This document shows positions 29,880-36,980 of a stretch of 36,980 nt of DNA, one piece after another. Both the position numbers and the translations under genes were made by a program. This DNA comes from a bacterium (GTDB lineage Bacteria > Patescibacteriota > Gracilibacteria > BD1-5 > JAGOOR01), in assembly GCA_031973055.1 (NCBI GenBank), contig DALYDS010000002.1, forward strand, positions 1 through 36,980. The letters run 5' to 3'. The notes below the pieces were generated by a model. That model saw only the letters and a program-made list of their open reading frames with translations, had not been told where the DNA came from and did not search any database. Within the stretch, counting starts at the first letter, position 1; the number at the start of each line of letters is the position of its first letter.

Positions 29880-31829
29880 CTAGTTTTTCTCAAATGATAA
29901 TTCCAGTATTTTATCACGCAGATTAGCAGCTTTTTCAAAATCTAGATTAGCAGCTGCCACATCCATTTCGAGCTCCAATCTCTTGATATACGCCTCAAGG
30001 CTGACTCATTTAGGCACTTCAGAGGGTTCTTTTTTATCTTTGAATCAGAGATCTTTGATGCTTGAAATAATAGTGGTAGGAGTGATGTTATGTTTGGTAT
30101 TATAGTCTATTTGGACTTGGCGTCGTTTGGCTGTGATATCCATCGTTTCCTCCATAGATCGAGAAATAATTCCCTCGTGCGAGTAAAATACGACGTAACC
30201 ATTGGAGTTTCGAGCGGCACGACCGACGATTTGTATGAGTGATTGGGTAGAGCGTAGGAATCATTGTTTGTGTGCGTCGACTATACCAATAAATGACACC
30301 TCTGGGAGATCAAGTCCTTCTCGTAATAAATTAACTCCGACTATGACATTTACTTTACCAGTACGGAGGTCTTTGAGGATGCGTAATCGTTCTATAGTAT
30401 CAATTTCGGAGTGGAGATAGTGTGCTGATACGCCGTGTTCACGGAGGTATGTAGCGAGATCCTCACTCGATTTTTTTGTCACCGTCGTGATGAGGGCACG
30501 TTCGCCACGTTCGACAGCCTTGCGGATATTGTCGAGAAGGCTTTCAACCAATTTATCCATTGGTTCCACAGTTATGAGTGGGTCGAGGAGACCTGTTGGT
30601 CGGATTATCTGCTCCACGAGAGGTCATCCACGTTCTATTTCTGACTGTCATGGAGTTGCAGAAATACAGACGAATTGTTTTATTTTTGATTCAAATTCTT
30701 CGAAAAAGAGAGGGCGGTTATCGTAGGCACTTGGGAGTCGGAAACCATTTTCAATGAGCATATCTTTTCTTGCTTTGTCTCCAGCAAACATACCTCGTAC
30801 TTGCGACAGAGTAATATGAGATTCATCGACAAAGGCGAGATAATTTTCAGGGAAGAAGTCTAGTAGTGTCATGGGTGGAGCTCATGGTTCTCGACCATCG
30901 AGATATCGAGAATAGTTTTCAATTCCTTTGACATATCCAACTTCTGTCATCATTTCGAGGTCATATTCGACACGAGTTTTGAGACGTTCAGCAGCGACGA
31001 TATTGCCTTGTTCTTTGAAATATTTTATTCGTTTTTCGAGCTCCCCTAATATAGCGGGTTTGATAGCTTTGACATGTTCCGGGCTCGTGACAGTATGCGA
31101 AGCTGGGAAAATATCAACAGAGTTAATTGATTCGAGAACGTGAGAAGTAATTGGCTGAACAACGCGTATATTCTCTAGTTCTGTTCCGAAAAATTCGAGA
31201 CTATAATAGAGTTCATGACTCGCGGGAAATATTTGAATGGTATCTCCGAGAACACGAAACATGCCTTGTTTAAATTCAAGTGTTCCTCTCTCAAATTGGA
31301 GTCATACGAGCCTATCAATGAGCTCTTTCATGACATATTTCTCGCCAACACGGAATGACATAACGCCTCCGAGATATTCTTCTTTATTACCGATACCATA
31401 GATACAGCTCACAGACGCGACAATGATGACGTCCTCGCGGGTGAGGAGTCATTCGGTCGCAGCATGTCGCAATCTGTCTATCTCATCATTGATAGCAGAA
31501 TCTTTTTCGATGTAAGTATCGGTCTTTTGGATATAGGCTTCTGGCTGATAATAATCATAATAACTGACAAAATAATGGACAGCATTGTCTGGGAAAAACT
31601 CTCGAAATTCCTGACACAATTGAGCGGCAAGGGTTTTATTATGAGCGAGGATGAGCGTCGGTCGTTGGACTTTTTGTATGATATTTGCCATGGTAAAAGT
31701 CTTTCCTGAGCCTGTCACACCTTGAAGTGTTTGAAATCGATTGCCGGACTGGATACTCTCCACGAGTTTTTTAATCGCTTGAGGCTGGTCTCCCGTTGGC
31801 TGATAATTACTTTTGAGTTGAAATGGCAT
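29880..31829 (-). CDS. uvrB: Excinuclease ABC subunit B (UvrB)
   Basis: Track ORFs 31449..31829, 30882..31262, 30648..30872 and 30261..30617 share one minus frame and are joined only by TGA. The gene was extended to TAG at 29880-29882. It carries [36 protein letters not shown] and the C-terminal UVR motif [13 protein letters not shown]. Confidence 0.95.
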
Positions 31830-31842
31830 TTTTGACGATTTT

Positions 31843-32961
31843 TAGTGCTTCTTTTTCTTGATTATCAGTTCATTCTGTTATATCACGAGCTGTTGGGATA
31901 ATGATAAAATCAGGGATAATACCTACTCCGTCGAGGAGTTGTCCTCCTGCTGTTCTCCAATGAGCTGTGGTTACTTTGAGTTGTCCTCCGTTACTGAGCT
32001 CAAAGAGTTCCTGGACAGATCATTTTCCATATGTCTGCGAACCGATTATAGGCGCTTTGAGATAAAAATTGAGAGCGGAAGCGAGGATTTCAGAAGCCGA
32101 AGCTGTATTCGCATTCACGAGAATATAGAGAGGGGTGGTCGTGTTTTTTTCACCATAAGATGTGTATTGTTTGTTGTCTTTGCCTTCCACTGAGGCAATA
32201 ATAGAACCTTTTTTGAGAAAGATTGATCCTACATCGACGGCTGCTTGGAGTGTACCGCCTCCATTTTCACGCAAATCAAGGAGGATTTTCTTATATTTGC
32301 CTGCATATTTTTTGAGTGACTTTTGGACATCTTGACCAGAATAATCATTAAAAGAAAAGAGTTTTATGTGGAGAATATCGCCTTCGAGCTTGTCTTCCAT
32401 GATTGGTAGTTCGAGGTGTCGACGTATGAGAGTAACGTCTTTTTTGGTACCGAGAACTGTTGAGAAAATCTGAATTACAACTGACGTCCCTGCGGGTCAT
32501 CTAATTTTTTTAACAGCATATTCTGCCGTCTTTCCGTATAAAACCTCACCATCCACTTTTTGGACAAGATCTCATGGTAACAGTCATGCTTCTTGTGCAG
32601 GAGATCCTGGTAAAACGCCACGTATATATACATCGCTCGCATTATTCTCAATATAAGCACCTATGCCTTCAAAGTCGCCCTGTATCATGGTTTGGAAGGC
32701 GAGAACTTCGTCTGGAGGGAAATAGGTTGTAAATCTATTACCATAAGAATTCACAAATCCGGAGATGAGATGATTTTGTACGATGTTGTTTGATGGTTTT
32801 GGGAGGTATGTATCGAGGATATTTTGCAATTCTGAGTAAGGTATGTTATCCTTATTAAATACAGCCGTTGCGGGACTTTTAAACATTGGAATACCTGGTC
32901 CGAGAAAGATCAAAAAGGAAAGGAAGATTCCTGTAAAAAAGAAGAAGAGGTTTTTTTTCAT
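31843..32961 (-). CDS. ctpA: S41 C-terminal processing peptidase (Ctp/Prc-like) with a PDZ domain
   Basis: Track ORFs 32584..32961 and 32020..32400 share one minus frame. TGA occurs at tca 32584, 32572, 32497, 32020 and 31870, and the stop is TAA at 31843-31845. It has a signal or TM anchor, the PDZ motif GVLPGSPAQEA[G]LLP[G]DLVQKVDG, DLRENGGG and the catalytic-Ser motif NANTASASEILASAL. It ends 13 nt upstream of the uvrB start. Confidence 0.85.
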
Positions 32962-33092
32962 AGAGTAAAACCCATTATCGTAAAATAGTTCTTTTTTGCT
33001 ACTCTTTTTTTTACATTTTTTATTTGTAAAAAACTTCTTGTTTTTACTTACAGAAAAAAGATTTGTCGCAAAGAAGAAAGTCTAAAGAATAT

Positions 33093-33121
33093 TTGTATTT
33101 TGTGTTTAGATATGGTACTAT
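33093..33121 (+). promoter_or_regulatory. Putative promoter for 33134..34213
   Basis: TTGTAT (33093-33098), a 17-nt spacer ending in TGG, then TACTAT (33116-33121). It lies 12 nt upstream of the ATG, which implies a very short leader. Confidence 0.3.
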
Positions 33122-33133
33122 AGTTTTACGAGT

Positions 33134-34213
33134 ATGCCGTCTTACAAGATACATAGTTTAAAAGATAATAAAAAACTCTCATTTATAATAGAATGAGATT
33201 CTGATTCTTCTGTGGAACAAAAACTCTCAGGAGAAGGACATATAGTGCTCTCTGTTGAGGAGATACAACTCGATCAAGGTATACAATTTTTCTCTTTCGA
33301 AGGAAGAAAACCTGCAGATAATTCTTTTATTTCTGGAAAAATATCAGCAGAAAATATTTTCACAGCGTATGAGATGTTAACGAGAGATTATAATTATGGA
33401 CTGAGCCGACTCTATCCTTCTGAAATAGAAAACCCTGCCGAACAAGAAAAAATATTTCAACAACTCCTCTTCTCATTTCAGGAGAAAAAAGTAGAGAAAA
33501 AAGTAGAGAAAGCAGACTCTTCACAATGAAAAATTCAGAAAAATAAAAAGAACATACAAGCACTTATAACCTATATTGAGACAGAAAAAACCCTTTCAGA
33601 CAGCGAAGTAGTAATACAAGAACTCAAAAAACTAGATCAAATAAATAATAATTCAATCATCGAGGAAACACTCAGAAGTACCATAAAAAAAATATATAAA
33701 AACACCTCAAACAAACAAAAAATTCACCCCACCATCAAAGCAATAGCAAACGATCTTCATATTTTTCTCATACCACCTCTCTATAGGAGATTAGGACAAA
33801 AAACCCAAGAAATATTTGAGTTTTTTTCACCACTTATCCATCCTTCCGACAGTACTTATTCACCAAAAGAGATAAAAAAAGAGGTAACCCATGATACGAT
33901 ACAAAAAGACCCACACATCAATAAGCTCCTTCATCAAAAATATCACTCTAGTCTCATAAATCTGCTCGATATACGAGAAAGACAAGCTTATTTTTATGCG
34001 CTTTTCCGACAAAAACCAACTATTTTCCTCGGGAAAAAATCCTCAAAAATCCTCCAAAAAATCCTCCACACCAGCCTTGTTGTTTTTATTCTCGGTATGT
34101 GTATTTTAGCTCTCCTCGGTAAATACAATTTGTTTTTCTTTTCAACAGAGATTTTTGTGATGTTTGTGATTCTTTTGTTCTCCTCTCTTGTTTTTCTGGA
34201 CCAGACTGTATAA
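33134..34213 (+). CDS. Hypothetical protein (359 aa) with a C-terminal membrane anchor
   Basis: ATG at 33134. The track ORF 33212..33529 is in the same frame. There are TGA at 33194 and 33527 and no TAA/TAG until TAA at 34211-34213. The middle is Lys-rich and the C-terminus has helices (LVVFILGMCILALLG, IFVMFVILLFSSLVFL). I recognised no motif. Confidence 0.5.
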
Positions 34214-34220
34214 TTTTTAC

Positions 34221-35453
34221 ATGTTTGTCCTCCTGAGTTTGATACATATAGTTTTTGCGTCCATTTTTTTCCTCTTCGGGAGATATATAGAAATGTGAGT
34301 TATTGTTCTGGTTTATACTTTTTTCCTCTCCAAAATCATTACCCCACTTGATATATTTCATCGGCCTGCTTTTTTCCTCTCCAAAACACCAGATAATAAA
34401 ACTCTCGAGCAATCCCTCTACCTCAGTTCGGGAATATTGTTTTACACAGCTCTCATAGGTATATCACTCGGAATATCTGATTATTTTAATATATCTGTTG
34501 ATTTACAACTCTTTCATTACAGTGTATTTTTTCTCACCAGTGTTATTTACGGCATATATCTGCTCTTTTATCCGAAAAATCCGAGCGCTTTTCTCCTCTT
34601 CCGAACTCATACTATCCTCGCCGGACTTATAGTGAGTGGCATGGTTCTCGGAACGCTCTTCTTCGGCTTATTTTACATCGGTATTACGATGATCATCAAT
34701 CTCATCCTGCTGACATGCGGCATGGCGATAGTCATCATTCTCGACAGGACAATACCCAAGAATACACACATTCTCACGGTCTACTTTTTTGTTTTTTATT
34801 CATGCATGTTGGTGCTTGCACTACTTTCTTTTACACGACCAGAGATCAGCACTTCTGTATTTTTTGTCGTTGCTACTCTCGCCACACTTTATCTTATTTT
34901 TCCATTTTTCCTGTCCAAAATTGTCAGAGAATGATATCTCAAACTCCTCTCCTGGCATTTTTCAAATTTTGTCCTCGGTATTTCATGGGCATGTTTCTTT
35001 TATTTTTCCTGGGCTCTCTTTCTCTCCCCAGAATATTCACACCTAGTGACGTATGTAGGCTTTTTGCTTCTTTTTGCTCTCTGGGCATGGGTATATGCTT
35101 CCGAGGATCACAACCCCATCTTTTTCTCAGGTATGGTTATCGTGACAGGCACTCTGTACTCCTATCTCCTCTTTTCTAGTGGATTATTTTTGGAGTTCTG
35201 GGTGATTACTATCTGTCTCTTTATTTTTGCCTGACTTTTGTTGCTCTCGTCTATGAACTACAAAAACAAAACCGAAGAACTCATCCTCGCGGGAGGCAGT
35301 GTGATATTTTTGTGCGTGGCAGACTTAGTCATGATTTTCCAGGATTACGGACTCTTCCAGCTCTCGATTCTCTTCTTTTTCCAATCATTCCTCTGGTACG
35401 GTGCATACGAGATATTTCACCGACAATCGTATGTTAAAAACGCAGCACTATAA
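34221..35453 (+). CDS. Hypothetical polytopic membrane protein (410 aa)
   Basis: ATG at 34221 lies 8 nt after the upstream stop. Track ORFs 34437..34934, 35046..35234 and 35238..35453 are all in frame 3. They are joined by TGA (34296, 34932, 35232), and the stop is TAA at 35451-35453. The protein has about 10 hydrophobic helices. Confidence 0.6.
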
Positions 35454-35970
35454 ACGATATATATCGAATTTTTCACTCGATGCTGTGATAGTAGGTACGT
35501 ATTTTGACGATGAAATGCGCCGAAAAATCCATCGATTCAAGTTTGTCCACAATCATGTCGACAATGTCTACTTTGGAGAGCTTTTTGCTCAAATACAAAA
35601 GGAATACCCCTATATTCCAGACGTCATAGTATACCCTCCAATTAGTCTGAGAGATAGAGTTCTGAGATGACCAAACCATGCACAAATCCTGGCTCAATAT
35701 TTCTCCGCTCAGGATGTTCCAATTATTTCCCCTTTTCGCAAAAAAATATTTTCTAGTCATCAGTCACGGCGAACGAGAGAAGAGAGAACACAGGTCAGAG
35801 ACGAATATTCGTTGAATCGAAAACATACAGAATACATCAAAGGAAAGAAAATCCTCCTCGTTGATGATCTCATTACGACAGGCTATACAGCTCACACACT
35901 CGGAAAACTCCTCAAAAAGGCTGGGGCAAAAGAGGTTGTGGGATACTTTCTCGCCAGTGAAAAAGTTTAA
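35431..35970 (+). CDS. comF: ComF-family protein (phosphoribosyltransferase fold)
   Basis: This is the frame of track ORF 35401..35670, continued across TGA at 35668 to TAA at 35968-35970. The sequence reads R[G]PNHAQILAQYFS..., then the PRTase loop GKKILLVDDLITTGYTAHTLGKLLKKAGAKEV. The start is ATG at 35431 (or GTG at 35401), overlapping the upstream gene by 23 (or 53) nt. Confidence 0.75.
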
Positions 35971-36447
35971 TTACTTTACAATCTCAGTCCTGAGAGAGAG
36001 TATGGGATATAAAACCATTTTTGAAGCAGGATCTGACATCAGCTCTCATAATTCATTAATATCATAGAATATATGGCCTTTTTGTATCTCACTGTCACTC
36101 GGAGCGCCGACAACACTTAATACAATATTATTCTTCACACGAATACCGCGTAAGAGAAAAAATAAATTTCCTCCAGAATTTTCTCAAGATGTGTCCAAAA
36201 TTCCGCCACGAACAGACTCAATAAGGAGTCTTTCACCATCTTCCTCCAACACATCTAAATTAATACCCCTTTCTTCTAAATATGATTTCATGCCAGCAGG
36301 AAATAATGCCTTTTCAACTTCCGAAGACGTTCTAAGCTGTACTTTTCCTGTGGCTTTTGATGGTGGCAGCATAGGGGGCTTCGGTAGTCAAAAATAAGGA
36401 CTTAAAGGGTCGTTATTTATTTCCGGCAGAAGAGAAGTCATGCTCAT
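35971..36447 (-). CDS. Hypothetical protein (158 aa)
   Basis: Track ORF 36184..36372 was extended across TGA (tca at 36388, 36184 and 36046). The start is ATG at 36445-36447, preceded by an in-frame TAG. The stop is TAA at 35971-35973, which directly abuts the comF stop. I recognised no motif. Confidence 0.4.
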
Positions 36448-36480
36448 ATACTACTCTAAAATATATTCTCTGTCAAAAGC

Positions 36481-36508
36481 TTGCCACAATGGGATATTTT
36501 TCTATACT
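36481..36508 (+). promoter_or_regulatory. Putative uvrA promoter
   Basis: TTGCCA (36481-36486), a 16-nt spacer, then TATACT (36503-36508). It lies 18 nt upstream of the uvrA ATG. Confidence 0.35.
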
Positions 36509-36526
36509 CTCATATCGCTTTCATCT

Positions 36527-36980
36527 ATGTCCAATACTATCGATCTTTTCTGAGTCACCACCCACAATCTACGAGATGTAGATGTGTCTTTTACCAAAAA
36601 CGCCCTCACCGTCCTCACAGGCGTGAGCTGATCAGGTAAATCATCCCTCGCATTTACAACCCTCTGCAACGAATGACAAAGGAGATATCTCGAGTCCCTC
36701 TCTACCTACGCTCGTATGTTCATCGGTGGCATGAGTGAAGAAGCAAAAGTCCGCGAAATACGGGGACTCACTCCTACTATCAGCATCGAACAAAAAACCG
36801 TTGCGCATAATCCTCGTTCAACCGTCGGTACCATCACGGAAATATATGACTTTTATCGTCTTTTCTTCCTCAGTCTCGGGACTCGTATCTGTCCACATGA
36901 TGGCGAAGCTATGACCAAAAAAACTCACAAAGACGTCATGGAATATCTGAAAAAAATCAAATCAGGGACACGTATAGGTA
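36527..36980 (+). CDS. uvrA: Excinuclease ABC subunit A (UvrA), 5' part, 3'-truncated by the window edge
   Basis: The sequence reads MSNTIDLF[G]VTTHNLRDVDVSFTKNALTVLTGVS[G]SGKSSLAFTTLCNE[G]QRRYLESLSTYARMFIGG...GLTPTISIEQKTVAHNPRSTVGTITEIYDFYRLFF. The TGA at 36629-36631 is a Walker A glycine, and the TGA at 36674-36676 is the Gly of the EGQRRY motif. Confidence 0.95.

Noticed and set aside
13169-32961. Read under the standard code, clpB, radA, uvrB, the S41 peptidase and other genes look like pseudogenes broken by nonsense mutations.
   Set aside because: All interruptions are TGA, never TAA/TAG. The frame is always preserved, and the interrupted positions are conserved glycines. This fits codon reassignment, not gene decay.
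33482-33511. A tandem 12-nt repeat (gagaaaaaagta, about 2.5 copies) encodes EKKVEKKVEK.
   Set aside because: It is a very short low-complexity duplication inside a Lys-rich coding region, with no sign of a larger array.
35861-36067. Track ORF 35861..36067 (+) spans the comF 3' end and the convergent gene.
   Set aside because: It is out of frame with the ComF PRTase motif, which continues to TAA at 35968, and it overlaps two better-supported frames.
1-36980. TGA could encode Trp (translation table 4, as in Mollicutes) instead of Gly.
   Set aside because: TGA sits in HExxHxxGxxH, Walker A GxxGxGK, LGGG, the PDZ AGL.PGD motif, TSP3 G.GD.CD repeats and a poly-Gly tail. TGG is used at the Trp positions, for example in the PDWL and WDFG motifs.
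1-36980. I looked for CRISPR arrays, rRNA genes, transposases, integrases and prophage genes.
   Set aside because: I saw no regularly spaced direct repeats, rRNA-like conserved blocks, or recognisable recombinase or phage structural motifs on either strand.

Overview
This 36,980-bp chromosomal window comes from a bacterium that reads UGA as glycine (translation table 25), as known for Gracilibacteria/BD1-5 and Absconditabacteria/SR1 in the Candidate Phyla Radiation. Almost every fragment in the standard-code ORF track ends at TGA. Neighbouring fragments share one frame, and the TGA codons fall on invariant glycines of recognisable proteins. I therefore merged fragments across TGA and accepted only TAA/TAG as stops. 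That gives about 30 tightly packed genes and one tRNA.

Genes on the + strand (1-15.8 kb):
- a metzincin fragment
- two SLH-domain surface paralogs
- lemA plus a TPM/YgcG-like gene
- a small VirB2/TrbC-like pilin-type protein
- a 1,819-aa protein with the same pilin-like module at its N-terminus, followed by PKD repeats, a third TM helix and a PDWL-repeat tail
- a second TM-anchored PKD protein
- a PrsW-type intramembrane protease
- clpB, preceded by a CIRCE-like operator

Genes on the - strand (15.8-18.5 kb): one 891-aa orphan multidomain protein.

Genes on the + strand (18.6-25.6 kb):
- a hypothetical protein
- a thrombospondin-type-3-repeat surface protein
- a 1,038-aa DUF2339-like membrane protein
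- a DUF4105 protein
- a small Cys-rich secreted protein

Genes on the - strand (25.5-33 kb):
- a yhhQ-like transporter, radA, a HIT protein and a GtrA-like protein
- a Cys-motif membrane protein
- tRNA-Leu(GAG)
- a further membrane protein
- uvrB and an S41 C-terminal processing peptidase

Remaining genes (33-37 kb): two orphan proteins, comF-like, a small orphan on the - strand, and the 5' part of uvrA.

I saw no CRISPR array, rRNA, transposase or integrase.

The most interesting candidate system is the apparent operon at 3680-13099 (pilin-like module, giant PKD protein, TM-PKD partner, PrsW protease). It has no type IV secretion ATPases, so it looks like a surface or attachment apparatus rather than a conjugation locus. 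All family assignments come from motif reading by eye, with no database search.
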